This document shows, piece by piece, positions 1 through 10,732 of a stretch of 64,000 bases of DNA (position 1 is the first letter of the stretch; each line of letters opens with the position of its first letter). The notes under the pieces were generated by a model. It did no database searches. It was not told where the DNA came from and worked only from the letters and a program-made list of their open reading frames with translations. The translations under genes and the position numbers were made by a program. The stretch covers positions 1 to 64,000 of the forward strand of contig CAWFFH010000006.1 of NCBI GenBank assembly GCA_963815095.1, read 5' to 3'. This DNA comes from Candidatus Bathyarchaeota archaeon. GTDB lineage: Archaea; Thermoproteota; Bathyarchaeia; Bathyarchaeales; Bathycorpusculaceae.

Positions 1-341
1 GATTTTCCTACTTTTAGGCGCACAAACTTTTTTCTTTTTATCTTTAGCCTGAGAGGTTTTTAATTGAATCAGAAGGAAATAGAAGCTGCAGCTATTATGA
101 TGCGGATTTTCCTTACTGGTTTGGCGCTTAATTTTGATGCTAACTATCATGAGCTTGAAGAAATTGCTAAAAGGGCTTTGCTTCAAGTCGAAGCGGAGAC
201 ACCCTAAATGGTATTTTCTGTTTCCAGTTTTCAAGTCAATTCAACGGCAGAACTCAAAGTTTTCTTTTTGCAGTGATTGCTTTTTTTGGTGTGGACGATG
301 TTCTGAGCCATCCTTAATAGGAAAGAAATCGCTTAACCAAC

Positions 342-1349
342 TTGCGTCTTCACCTGCTTGCGATAAGTTTTCAAGAACGAAAAGGTGCTAAATTTTTGAA
401 TAAGGAACCTGTCGATAGAAGTCAAAATATTTCGCTTTCAAAGTCCAAAGTCAAATTTGACTTCTCTACTGTTCGCTCCCGTGTCCTTCCGATCCTTAAG
501 GGCATTGAGGTTAAGATGTATCCTGCTAAGATAGGGCGAGTACGTGGATGGAGCAAACAGCACGTTGATTACTATGTAAAGAAGCTGGAGAAGGCAGGCT
601 TAATCCGCAGGTTAAAGCGTAGCAACTTTGTTGATTACGAGTTGACGGAGCGAGGTCAAAACTTTCTCATATCATGTGAGGGGGTATTTTTTAGCAGCGG
701 CGTATTTCGGCTTCATCGGTGTTTCTTCAAGTTTCCCGTTTTGCGAGAAGGGGCTTATCCATCGGCAGATTTCAAGCGGATTGAGATGCAGAATTGGACG
801 GCTCTTTTGGGGTTAGAGCAAGGCGTCAAAGTTAGGCATACGACGGCTTCTTGGATTGTTCACGTCGAAACATTGTATGGTCGAAGTCCCGGGGAGTTAG
901 TGACGACTGCTAAAACTTTGGCTGACCGAGTCGCTAAAGGTTTAATGAGCAAGTATGGCTGCGTTTTAGGAGATGGAAAAATCAACAAACGCCACGAATT
1001 AGGGGTTGATGATCCTGTTGCTAATCTTCTCAACCGCTATTTCACAGTAAGCACTCCCAAACGGGTTATAGATGATAGTCCAGGTGAAGATGAGGGTGAG
1101 CTTGATCACCTTGGTCGCGACGCTGCAGTCGAATACTTGCTAATGCCAGAGCGAGTCAAAAAACTTGAAGGCCAATTCGACAATGTGCTCTGTGATTTAG
1201 AGAAGATTTCAGGAAGCCTTTCTCGGCTGGAGAAGATGGGCTGTGATTTAGGAAGAGTAGCGGATATTTTGGGTAAGCTTGTGGATCCTGAAGGCACCCA
1301 AGACGTCGCTAAAGGTTCAGCAGATGGAGGAAATAGATATGTGTCTTAG
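342..1349 (+). CDS. N-terminal winged-HTH protein with uncharacterised C-terminal domain; possible replication/maintenance protein of an integrated element (likely start TTG 396)
   Basis: wHTH pattern AKIGRVRGWSKQHVDYYVKKLEKAGLI..YELTERG; AGGTG RBS at ~383; lies in integrase-containing region. Confidence 0.6.
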   Translation: MRLHLLAISFQERKGAKFLNKEPVDRSQNISLSKSKVKFDFSTVRSRVLPILKGIEVKMYPAKIGRVRGWSKQHVDYYVKKLEKAGLIRRLKRSNFVDYELTERGQNFLISCEGVFFSSGVFRLHRCFFKFPVLREGAYPSADFKRIEMQNWTALLGLEQGVKVRHTTASWIVHVETLYGRSPGELVTTAKTLADRVAKGLMSKYGCVLGDGKINKRHELGVDDPVANLLNRYFTVSTPKRVIDDSPGEDEGELDHLGRDAAVEYLLMPERVKKLEGQFDNVLCDLEKISGSLSRLEKMGCDLGRVADILGKLVDPEGTQDVAKGSADGGNRYVS

Positions 1350-1513
1350 GCTGATATCAGAAAATCCAAAGTTTAGAATCTCATTAATGGCAGTAAAAAC
1401 TTGTTCAAAAGCCATTTTAGCACTATGCGGTAGGCATGGGAAAAGTCCATGCTTTTCACAAGTCACTTTTCTGCAATTAGTTAGTCCTGATTACCCACTG
1501 CTAATTTTGCCCA

Positions 1514-2023
1514 GTGTTAATGGAGAAGAATTCTTGGAGTGTGCATTCTGACATGGAAGAAACGGAAAAACCTGTTCAAACCCAGAAAAAGAAGCGAAGC
1601 CAAAACGATAAGATAGGTCGATTGAAGTATAACCAGCAGCTCCTCAAACAGACCTTAGCCGAAGTAGAAGAAGTCAAGCTTATGCTGCGGACAATTTTTG
1701 CTGGCTTGAAGGGCTCTTTCAATTTCGAGCAATCACTAATCGAACGTGTTATCTGTGAAGATGAAGTTGACCGGGAAATTTTGCGTTTGCTTTTTGAAAT
1801 AGGTAGTTCAGGCTTATTGCCCAAGGACTTGGCTGCAAAGCTTGAGAGGTTTAATGTGCAGCGTTTTCAAATTAGCCGTAGAATTTTGCGGATGAACAAA
1901 AAGTTAGAGAATGAATTTGGAGAACATGTTGCTGAGCAGAGAGGATGGCACTGGGCTCTAACAAGTTTCGCGGGTGAAGTATGGGGAAAGAGCAAAAGAG
2001 AGGTTGAAGAAGATCTAACTTAA
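1514..2023 (+). CDS. Coiled-coil plus winged-HTH DNA-binding protein
   Basis: DEVDREILRLL..GLLPKDLAAKL..RFQISRRILRMNKKL..GWHWALT wHTH-like pattern. Confidence 0.6.
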   Translation: MLMEKNSWSVHSDMEETEKPVQTQKKKRSQNDKIGRLKYNQQLLKQTLAEVEEVKLMLRTIFAGLKGSFNFEQSLIERVICEDEVDREILRLLFEIGSSGLLPKDLAAKLERFNVQRFQISRRILRMNKKLENEFGEHVAEQRGWHWALTSFAGEVWGKSKREVEEDLT

Positions 2024-2186
2024 TCTCAGAAAGAATAAATCAGACAATTCTTTGTGCTAATGTTCGGCTCTGTTTTTCTTTCCCAAAGATCAGTAAGTTG
2101 TCATGAATTAAATATTGTAAGTCTTAAATAGGCATGAATACGAATTTGTTTAAGAATTGTCAGTATAATTTTTGTGAGGTCTGCAA

Positions 2187-2794
2187 GTGGCGCTAAAGAA
2201 AAACGATTTGAATGTACAAAGCTCTTCTGAAATCAAGAGTGAAATTCAGAGTTCCCTATTGTTGGGATTGGCGCTTCTGCAGGCGGATTAGACCCCATCA
2301 GAAAACTGCTGGAAAACTTGCCCATCGATACGGGCATGTCGTTTGTTGTAGTCCACCATTTGGCTCCGGGACAAGAGAGCCTGCTTCCTGAAATCCTTTC
2401 AAGATCTACCAAGATGAAGGTTTTACAAGTCCAAGATGGCATACAGGTTCAACAGAATCATGTATACGTAATTACTCCAGCAACAACCATGACGTTGAAA
2501 AACGGTCAGCTCAGGCTTGTTCCCAAATGCTTAGCTCTCAAACCCATAAACGACTTTATGGTCTCTTTAGCTTCTGAGCGAAAAGCTCAAGCAATCGGAA
2601 TTGTGTTGTCTGGAACGGGTAATGATGGAACTGAAGGCTTAAAGGCAATCAAAGCCGAAGGGGGAATAACCTTCGCACAAGATCCCGAAACAGCGCAATA
2701 TCCCGACATGCCCAAGAACGCCATAGGTGCAGAAGCGCCTGATTTTGTTCGTTCTCCAGAACACCCAGCCCAAGAAGGCGGCAAACCGAAATGA
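2187..2794 (+). pseudogene. CheB methylesterase-domain remnant (frameshifted near 2242, truncated at ~2760)
   Basis: PIVGIGASAGG, VVHHL and SGTGNDG motifs; GTG-initiated N-terminus is in another frame; similarity ends abruptly after PDFVRSPE. Confidence 0.75.
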
Positions 2795-3606
2795 GAAGAC
2801 CGCAAACGTACACTGGAGCATCTGTCATCTGTTCTGCCTTTTGGCGTTCTATAAAAGATGGCGGATTGGCCTCTTAGGATTCGGGGCTTAGCCATGACGG
2901 CGGGCATGAGTCTAGCATAGAAACAATATAATCAGACGTTTTCCCGAATGGTTGATGCTTACTGACCGCAAATTCCTCCTTAAATCGTGGATGCTTATTT
3001 TTGATAGTTTCTATGTATTCTCCTGAGGATTGTACGATAAACAATGAGCTAATGAAAAAAATAGCATTATTGTTGCCAGAAAAATTGGGCGCTTCCATAA
3101 TCGTTATGCAACATCATTCTTGGTCTCGCAATTCTGCTGCTAAGTTGATTCATAGGTGCTCTTTAAAACCCGTCCAACATAGCTAAGAAAAACCCTTCTC
3201 TATTTTTGAAGGCATAATTTCTGTAATTCGAGAAAAGGGATATTGTTTACATAAAACAGATGCTAATTTTCTAATCACTAAACAGAGAAAGAAATGTGAT
3301 GGCCTGTTTCTAAAATACCAGGATTTGGTGTGAGGATTGCTGCGTGGTTGTGATGCAGTTTAAGCAAACAGCAAATGGGAATAGAGCATACCTGATTCTG
3401 AAAAGAGAAGTATCTTAAAACCTTGGAAGACCAGATAAAGCGATATCACCAACATTCTTCAAACTTAATATCGGCAAATGAGAATCGTAAATCATGAAGG
3501 CTTAGTTCAGATTCGAGCTAGTAAATAGAAGAGAAATTGAAAAAATGTGATATGAAAGATTTTATATATCGAAGACCGGGTTCTATTCAATCGGAGCTTT
3601 AGCTGT

Positions 3607-4680
3607 TTGCAGAAAAAGAAACGCGATACAAGAGCTTTTATCGTAGAAAAATATTTGGTTTGGTTAGTACTAAGAATCTCAATTCTTGTTATTCTATTCG
3701 TGCTACTTGAGAGCAGCTATAGAGATGGCGCATTCTACATCTTTGGAACGGCAGAAATTCAAACAATAATCTACATGGTTCTGCAAAAGATCCTACTCTC
3801 CGGGTTAGTGTGGTTTTTCTTAGCAGTTTCCAAAAAAATTATCGTGCCAGCGGTAATAGTCACTATCTCTCCAGTGGTTGGAAAAGTAGTAAGAGACCCA
3901 AGCTCTAGAAGTAGAACTGTCAAATCAACAAAAACATATCTAACCTACATAATCTACTTCACTACAATAGTGGCTCTTGTACTAATTTGGGCTTACTCGT
4001 TTATAGGCGCATGGATTGCGGGATTTCTAGGAACTGGAATGATTGTCGCATTAACCTTCATTCTGGGATTGTTCACATCTAGTGTTCTTGGGAACGTTTT
4101 GGCATACAGTGTTCTTGAGGGGACAAACGAATTCAAGACCGGCGACAGAGTGCAGATTGGCGAAAGTTACGGGGACATAGTTGAAGTAGGCATATTTTAC
4201 ACAAGGATCAAAACGATAAAAGATGAAATAATTAGCATTCCAAACCTAACAGTCATGAACAAAGAGATGAAAAATTTTAGTGCTTTAAAAGAAGTCTTAA
4301 TTTATGTATCAGTCTCCTTAGGTTATGACGTGGATAAGGATCAAGCTAAAAGAATCTTAATCGAAAGTGCCGAAAAAACCAGAGGAATCTTAACAACAAA
4401 CAAAAAACCAACCGATTCTATAGTAGACATTGAAGGTGAGGAAAAAACGGGAGGCCTCTTGAAAGATAGAAAACCATTCGTTTTGTTAAGAGATCTCGGA
4501 AACTATTCAGTAACTTATGAAATCAACGCCTACACAGACCAGCCTAATTCACTTGTCAACATAAAAAGCGAACTTATTGACAATATTCTAAGTGAATTTA
4601 AAAAAGCAGGCATAGAGATATTATCGCCATTTCATGTTGCTCAACGACAACATCCCAAACTCACTGCTGTCGAAACCTAA
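3607..4680 (+). CDS. mscS: MscS-family small-conductance mechanosensitive channel
   Basis: N-terminal TM helices then FKTGDRVQIGESYGDIVEVGIFYTRIKT..IPN MscS beta-domain motif. Confidence 0.85.
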   Translation: MQKKKRDTRAFIVEKYLVWLVLRISILVILFVLLESSYRDGAFYIFGTAEIQTIIYMVLQKILLSGLVWFFLAVSKKIIVPAVIVTISPVVGKVVRDPSSRSRTVKSTKTYLTYIIYFTTIVALVLIWAYSFIGAWIAGFLGTGMIVALTFILGLFTSSVLGNVLAYSVLEGTNEFKTGDRVQIGESYGDIVEVGIFYTRIKTIKDEIISIPNLTVMNKEMKNFSALKEVLIYVSVSLGYDVDKDQAKRILIESAEKTRGILTTNKKPTDSIVDIEGEEKTGGLLKDRKPFVLLRDLGNYSVTYEINAYTDQPNSLVNIKSELIDNILSEFKKAGIEILSPFHVAQRQHPKLTAVET

Positions 4681-4933
4681 TAATATATGCATTGGACCCT
4701 AAACGTGAGAGACAATTAGTCCTTAATTGCATAAAGCAAGGAAAAGCAGTAGGCTATGGTATCTAACTATTAATGCAGAACGTTTTGCATACCAAGTCAC
4801 ATCTTCACTCGCACTACTCAGCAAGTCTCTTTTTATACTGTTCAATCTATGGCTGCCTAAAATAATTAAATCAAAATCTGAGGGACGCAAAAACTTATGA
4901 CTGCGCAAAGCACATATCAACAGGGATAAAGAT

Positions 4934-5170
4934 ATGCCTTTAAATAAAGAACAAATAAAGAAATTACACGACTGGATGGTTGCAAAAGGAGTTAGCAATA
5001 CTTGCCCTTCATGTGGCAAGAATGTTTGGGAAACAGGAGACATTATTGGACAGATTCCATATGCTAAAGGGGCGTTAACAATTGGAGTTAGCAGCCCTAT
5101 GGTTCAAATGGGATGCAAGAACTGCGGATTTGTTAGGCTTTATTCGGCAACACTAATAGGGTTGGCTTAA
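4934..5170 (+). CDS. Small Zn-ribbon protein
   Basis: CPSCG...CKNCGF pair of CxxC motifs. Confidence 0.7.
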   Translation: MPLNKEQIKKLHDWMVAKGVSNTCPSCGKNVWETGDIIGQIPYAKGALTIGVSSPMVQMGCKNCGFVRLYSATLIGLA

Positions 5171-5359
5171 TCTCTCAACAATCAGGAAAACCAATTCAAA
5201 ACCTCTTTTTTTAACATCCACAGTTTTTGTAGCACAATAGAAAACCATTTTCTAGCAGAGCATTTAACCTTTTGATATACATTCAGCATGAATGTAGAAT
5301 TCTGGATAATAGTTTGATCCGTCATTCACCAAGATCTGGGTTATAGTAGGTTAGTTTTC

Positions 5360-5611
5360 ATGGACTTTTCGGATGCAGTAGCGTTTGTAAAGAAATTTCC
5401 TGCTTGTAATCCAAAAATATTCAAAGGATTTTATGAGTGGGGGATTTGTGATATTGAAACAGAGGGCTATGTAGTTCTAGCTGATGCAGCTTCAAATAAT
5501 GAACCAATCTTCAAACAATTGGAAGATTACAGTAAGAATCATAAATTAAGAATAGATCAAGGCCAAGACTACTTAATCATCAGCACCCTATGCCAAGATC
5601 CCCAACGATAA
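5360..5611 (+). CDS. Hypothetical protein, paralog of 38513-38749
   Basis: Shares KKFPxCxPKxFKGFxEWGICD..GYVVLxDA with 38513-38749. Confidence 0.75.
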   Translation: MDFSDAVAFVKKFPACNPKIFKGFYEWGICDIETEGYVVLADAASNNEPIFKQLEDYSKNHKLRIDQGQDYLIISTLCQDPQR

Positions 5612-5945
5612 ATCACTTCTGAGTTTCCTACTTCTTTATGTGGGCACTATAGTCTCAATATCTCCATTAAAGAAGCAGAAGAATCCTGAGAATGAACAAG
5701 CGTCTGGAAAAAGAGTTAGGTGAGCATACTGCGGAGAAGCGTGGTTGGCATTGGGCACTTACTAGTTTTTCATTAGAAATATGGGGCGAAACAGAAAAGT
5801 AATGCCTCTGAGTTTCTTACAGTACTTTAAGCATAGCTTTTTATGCAGTTATCTTGTACATCACTACAATCAAATGTACGTCTTAGGGTTATCTCGACAG
5901 CATCTGTAGATTCTATGGGAGGGGAACAATATTTCCAATAAAAAG

Positions 5946-6716
5946 ATGAAAACAGCTAAGCGATCGGATAAAGAAACTATTGCAAACCAAAATAAAGAGG
6001 GCACACCAATAGTTGGAATCGGCGCCTCGGCAGGCGGCTTAGAAGCCATAACATCAATACTTCAACAACTACAACTAAACACAGGCTTAATCTTTGTCAT
6101 CGTACAGCACCTAGCCACAGGACAAGAAAGCATGCTCCCCAGCATTCTTGCACGAGCAACCAAAATGCCCGTACTTGCAGTCACAAACGAAATGCAGGTA
6201 GAACCCAACACTGTTTACGTTATCCCATCAGGAAAAATAATGACGCTTGATGGAGAATGCCTCAAACTAATTCCCAAAGGAGCTTCCTTAAAACCCATAG
6301 ATGCCTTTTTTGATTCTATAGCCAAACAACGAAAAACGCAAGCTATAGGAATCGTGCTCTCAGGCACAGGCACTGATGGAACTGACGGACTTAGAGAAAT
6401 TAAGAACGAAGGCGGAATAACGATAGCGCAAGACCCAAAAACCGCCCAGTACACAGGAATGCCTCAAAGCGCCATATCTGCCGAAATAGTTGATTTAGTG
6501 CTTTCACCAAGTCAAATCGCCCAGGAACTTTCAAAAATAGCCAGCAATCCCCAGTTGATTCGCGCCGAAATAGAAGCTGCAGAAAACAAAAATGAACCCG
6601 TCTCAGGGTCGTTATTTTCCTTGTTGAAATCTAATTTCAAAGTAGATTTCTCCCACTACAAAGAAGCCTTTCTAAATCGCCGCATCAAACGCCGCATGGT
6701 ACTAACTCTAATCTAA
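5946..6716 (+). pseudogene. Truncated CheB/CheR fusion (CheB domain plus start of CheR N-domain)
   Basis: GASAGG / VQHL / GTGTDG triad motifs; ends just after VDFSHYKEAFLNRRIKRRMV, where the paralog at 19469-20521 continues. Confidence 0.8.
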
Positions 6717-6859
6717 CTGGAACACTTTTCTGTGCCATAGGAAAAGCGAAAGAAGCAGTAAAAAGTGTTTCTTGTCCTTGTCTTGCATGTCCAGTCGCCA
6801 CCAAATACGGACTAAAACAAACATATTATTGCATTAACGGAAAAACCACAGAGACTTGA
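6700..6859 (+). pseudogene. C-terminal fragment of a Cys-rich DUF2769-like protein
   Basis: Reads LTGTLFCAIGKAKEAVKSVSCPCLACPVATKYGLKQTYYCINGKTTET*; no start, abuts the CheB truncation point. Confidence 0.55.
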
Positions 6860-7244
6860 TCTACAATATCGTACCCATTTTTTAATCCAACGATTACCCA
6901 TGAGGTAGCTGTTGTTTCGGAGTGTGACCACATCGTTTTAAATTGTATGCATCAAATTGCTCTAAATGGAAGTACCCATCCCCAGAAGTTGGGTGGGTTA
7001 AGCAGCTTATCTGGAGCGCTCATCTCCAGTGCATGCCTTCTCAAAAACTCCATCCGAAGTAGAGCTAGCTTAATCCGCCCAACCAAAAACTTAAGAAATA
7101 TCCTTAATTACGCAAAATTTTTCTAGTGGGGTCACCGCTTGCTGTTGCCGATGCATAAGAGAACTGGTCCAGTCTCTAGCAAATACGGACTAAAACAAAC
7201 ATATTATTGTATTAACGGAAAAAACCCGTGAAACTTGATCGACA
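6789..7244 (+). repeat. ~77-bp imperfect direct repeat (6789-6865 and 7167-7244)
   Basis: Identical 30-bp core CAAATACGGACTAAAACAAACATATTATTG at 6802 and 7180 with similar flanks. Confidence 0.9.
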
Positions 7245-7321
7245 CTTTCACTGTCCCCTCTACTTCCTCAAAGTGTCGTTTCAAGGGTTGCTTTTTAAAG
7301 GATTTTCTCTTAAAAGCAATT

Positions 7322-7600
7322 ATGGGCGTGAACGTTGAAGAATATCAGATTGCAGTAGAACAAGAAATCAGAAGATGGAGTTGTTTTGCTAAAGCTTTAC
7401 GTGAGCCTGATCGAGAAGCTTTTAACGATTTGATGGATACCTGCAAAAAAATTGCTTCAGAAAGCAGCTGCGCCACAAATCCTATAGTGTTTGAATCTTT
7501 GGTGATGTCAATTCTGCTAGCGCAGCAAGTTAGGATACAGACGCTCGAACGCCAGCTAAAAGAGGCATCTGAGAAAAGCGGAGGGACCATCCATGGCTAA
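7322..7600 (+). CDS. Small helical protein resembling the family encoded beside archaeal PolB2 (arCOG07300-like)
   Basis: RWSCFAKALREPDREAFNDLM..FESLVMSILL pattern; family recalled, not searched. Confidence 0.5.
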   Translation: MGVNVEEYQIAVEQEIRRWSCFAKALREPDREAFNDLMDTCKKIASESSCATNPIVFESLVMSILLAQQVRIQTLERQLKEASEKSGGTIHG

Positions 7601-7892
7601 TTTGACAGACGGCAGCATTCTCGATAAGCTCGATGACATAGAAGAACCATCTATAATCAGAATCTACAGTAATATAATTCGCACGAAATACAAGAGAAGA
7701 GATCCTTATGCTTATCCTAAGCATTTGGTACCTGTAAGCGCACGCTACAATGAGTTGATTGTGGATTTTTTGCGCAGACCTTTGGAACAAAAGATCTGCA
7801 TATTCGGTGAAACGATGTACTTAGCGTTAACCCAGCAACATAGCGGAGTAACCAAAAATAAGAAAAGTAAAGCCTGCAGGAAAAAGGCTTAG
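7593..7892 (+). CDS. Hypothetical protein
   Basis: ATG overlaps upstream gene end, GGAGGG RBS. Confidence 0.45.
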   Translation: MANLTDGSILDKLDDIEEPSIIRIYSNIIRTKYKRRDPYAYPKHLVPVSARYNELIVDFLRRPLEQKICIFGETMYLALTQQHSGVTKNKKSKACRKKA

Positions 7893-8203
7893 CAAGTTCC
7901 CGCAGCATATTGAAAACTTGACCCCAAAACACATTATGTGTGTTGGGCAAAAAATTTCTTACTAAAGAAAACACCCCCAAAAAACACATAACATTTCTCT
8001 CGTAAAGACGTCGTTAACTCATGTTTTTGCTGTAAAATCAGCAATTTTTAGCAAGTTAGCACTATAAGAAAATTTTGCCCCAGGCATTTCTTTAGAAAGA
8101 AAGATTTTGCCTCGAGCGTAGCGACCGATTTTTGTTGGGCTAATGTGATATGCAGCAACCCTCCATTTTGGGCTCCTGAGTGAGGGAGGAGGGTTAAGCA
8201 CAG

Positions 8204-8575
8204 ATGGCGGGCAAGAAATGCACAGGTACACCGCTTAAGGTGTTTAGTGGCAAAGAGGCAAAACTAAACCGCATTATCCTGCCTCTGGTGGAAAAGAAGG
8301 CTCTGGCAAAAGAAGATGTTTTCCATATACTAAGAATAACCAAAGGCTTCAGACATAAAACCTCTAAGATAGTATGCCGACGAATGGATGCACTAAATAA
8401 AGATGGCTTTATCGGGCCAAAAGGAACAAGACCTGGCGCCGTCAAAGGAGACTGCGTACTTTATCAAATCACCCCCAAAGGACAAGCGGCTCTTAAAATG
8501 GATCGGAAAAGCGGAGATCGATTCTTGGCCACGGCTACCGATGAAGAAATAAACACTTTCAACAAAATTTACTGA
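8204..8575 (+). CDS. Winged-HTH DNA-binding protein
   Basis: KIVCRRMDALNKDGFI..LYQITPKG wing motif; GGAGG upstream. Confidence 0.65.
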   Translation: MAGKKCTGTPLKVFSGKEAKLNRIILPLVEKKALAKEDVFHILRITKGFRHKTSKIVCRRMDALNKDGFIGPKGTRPGAVKGDCVLYQITPKGQAALKMDRKSGDRFLATATDEEINTFNKIY

Positions 8576-8721
8576 AATTTTGAAGTACTTCAGAAAAATT
8601 TATTCGTAAAGACTACTTGCTCAGAATAGCCAGCCATCTTTTACTTGAGGGAGGATATGTCCATTTTCGGAGAGGTGTCTTTGCGAGAGGTCACAAAGAC
8701 GTGCCGTCTTTGCAGCGATAG

Positions 8722-9009
8722 ATGATTTTTATTCTCAGCCTGCAAGAGATGGAAGGTGACAACAAAGTGGTAAATATTATTGAGGACTGGGATGTCCTAT
8801 CTGAGTATGCTGGAGAAAAATTAGGTTTCTATCAACTTCTTAGCAACGATGGAATCATTGAAATTAGGGTACAAACGGGCAGGATTGGATTTAAGAAAGA
8901 GTTTGATAAGGGCGACGATCCGCTCTTGATAAAGATCTTGGATTTCTGCAAGAAACGCCGCTTCATCCAAATTAGCGAAAACATGCGTGACGACCAATTC
9001 TTCAAGTAA
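8722..9009 (+). CDS. Hypothetical protein of the integrase operon
   Basis: ORF co-oriented and closely packed with 9024-9299 and the integrase. Confidence 0.6.
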   Translation: MIFILSLQEMEGDNKVVNIIEDWDVLSEYAGEKLGFYQLLSNDGIIEIRVQTGRIGFKKEFDKGDDPLLIKILDFCKKRRFIQISENMRDDQFFK

Positions 9010-9023
9010 GGAGCAAAGAAAAC

Positions 9024-9299
9024 TTGAGGAGACGCCTGAATCGCAACCGATGCGTAGTCTGTGGAAAGCCTCCAGCAGGGCATACAGGCTACGTTTACTA
9101 TGAAAGTGGAAGAACACGATTGTTTGCACCGTTCTGTAAGGAGCACTTAGACAAAGCTTCAGAATATGCCAATCCAGTCTTTGAAAATCCAGCTGCAGTT
9201 GAACTGTTTAGGCAAATGTTTCCGGTAACTTATTTGCAAGACGTTAAAGGTAAACCCATCTTGTTTTTTGGCAAGAAAATAACGGCAAATTCTAACTAA
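9024..9299 (+). CDS. Small putative Zn-binding protein
   Basis: CVVCG...FCKEH motif; AGGAG RBS. Confidence 0.6.
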   Translation: MRRRLNRNRCVVCGKPPAGHTGYVYYESGRTRLFAPFCKEHLDKASEYANPVFENPAAVELFRQMFPVTYLQDVKGKPILFFGKKITANSN

Positions 9300-9322
9300 A
9301 CTTGGAGCTGAGGTGGGAGGGA

Positions 9323-10600
9323 ATGGCTGAGCTTACATCGAAGTCTTCTCCAGACGTTTTTGGCACTAAAGTCGGTTTTAATTCTTGTAAGTTGGAGTCT
9401 GCCCAAGGCTCCACCGGCACCAGCCCCCTATGCCCACAATGCAGATCAAAAAAAGTCTGGCGCGACGGTACTCGTTCCCTAATGTTTGGTGAACCGATCC
9501 AACGTTGGCTCTGCCGAGAATGTGGCCTCCGATTTTCAGACCCTAACGACCTATTGCAGGCTAAGAAAGCTGTTGCAACAGTTGAAATGATTGAAACGAA
9601 GACATTAAGAAGCAAAGATAGCATAGTAAATACTCGCCAAATATGCGTTAAGGAGACGAAAAACTTGGTTGCGGAACAACAATCGTTAGCAGTTCCGCAG
9701 AGAAGTGAAGTGGACCTAAACAGCACTATCATCGACTTCCTATGGCAACTCAAAAAGGAAAACAAAGCTGACATAACAATCGAAAACTACGACTACGCAT
9801 TGCATACCCTCGTTAGCAAAGGAATTAACCTATTGCAACCCGAAGACTTCATCGAAAAAATGACGATGCAAACACAGTGGACAAGCACCCGAAAATATAA
9901 CCTAACTAAAGCCTACCGAAGCTTTCTTAACCATAAAAAAATTGAAGCAAAACTTCCAAAATACAAACCCACAAGAGCCATACCTTACATCCCACCAGAA
10001 GAGTACCTCGATCAACTAATCGCACACTGCAATCAAGCAATGTCAGCATTGTTCAAAACACTAAAAGAAACAGCCGCCAGACCCGTCGAAGCATTAAGAA
10101 TGCAATGGGACGACCTGGACATCGGCAACAAAAAACTAAGCATCAATCACCCAGCAAAGGGAAGCAACGCAAGAATTAGACCCATCTCAAACCAATTACT
10201 AAACATGCTTCAAGCTTTGCCAAGAAAAGACAAACGAATCTTTCCATACAAATCAACCCAGAGCGCAGGTAGATCATTTAGAAAAATGCGAAAAAGAGCA
10301 ATCACAAAACTCGGCAACCAGGAACTAAGCAAGATCGATTTCTACACCTGCAGGTACTGGCGAGCCACAGCTGAATATCATAAAACCCACGATTTCGGAG
10401 CAGTAATGGTACTACTCGGTCATACATCGCTAAGATATGTGCTGCTGTATGCTCAATTAAGCGAAACGTACTTTGGAGACGTTGGCTATGTTTGCAAAGA
10501 AGCTTTCACGCGCCAGGACGCAATGAAACTGATAGAGTTAGGCTTTGAATATGTGCTTACAGATAAGGAGGGCGTTAGTCTTTTCAGAAAAACTAATTAA
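9323..10600 (+). CDS. Tyrosine recombinase/integrase with N-terminal Zn ribbon
   Basis: TAARPVEAL (R), HPAKG (K), YTCR (HxxR variant), LGH, LLYAQL (Y); CPQC..CREC; strong RBS; ends 53 bp before tRNA-Pro. Confidence 0.9.
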   Translation: MAELTSKSSPDVFGTKVGFNSCKLESAQGSTGTSPLCPQCRSKKVWRDGTRSLMFGEPIQRWLCRECGLRFSDPNDLLQAKKAVATVEMIETKTLRSKDSIVNTRQICVKETKNLVAEQQSLAVPQRSEVDLNSTIIDFLWQLKKENKADITIENYDYALHTLVSKGINLLQPEDFIEKMTMQTQWTSTRKYNLTKAYRSFLNHKKIEAKLPKYKPTRAIPYIPPEEYLDQLIAHCNQAMSALFKTLKETAARPVEALRMQWDDLDIGNKKLSINHPAKGSNARIRPISNQLLNMLQALPRKDKRIFPYKSTQSAGRSFRKMRKRAITKLGNQELSKIDFYTCRYWRATAEYHKTHDFGAVMVLLGHTSLRYVLLYAQLSETYFGDVGYVCKEAFTRQDAMKLIELGFEYVLTDKEGVSLFRKTN

Positions 10601-10653
10601 TGCTCCTGCTGGTTATCTCCAAAGGTCCGTAGACCAACGGAAAGTATGTTCGT

Positions 10654-10732
10654 GGGGCCGTCGTCTAGCATGGTTCAGGATACATGCCTGGGGCGTATGC
10701 GATCCTGGGTTCAAATCCCAGCGGCCTCACCA
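10654..10732 (+). tRNA. tRNA-Pro(GGG), intronless, CCA encoded
   Basis: Acceptor GGGGCCG/CGGCCTC+ACCA; anticodon stem CATGC/GTATG with loop CTGGGGC; T-arm CTGGG-TTCAAAT-CCCAG. Confidence 0.95.

Larger units (their letters stand above)
1..10600. mobile_element. Integrated element (left end probably outside the window) ending at the integrase beside tRNA-Pro
   Basis: Integrase, several wHTH/Zn small genes, decayed cargo, adjacency to tRNA. Confidence 0.6.

Noticed and set aside
6789-7244. CRISPR array or IS ends
   Set aside because: Only two copies ~378 bp apart, derived from coding sequence; no cas or transposase gene.
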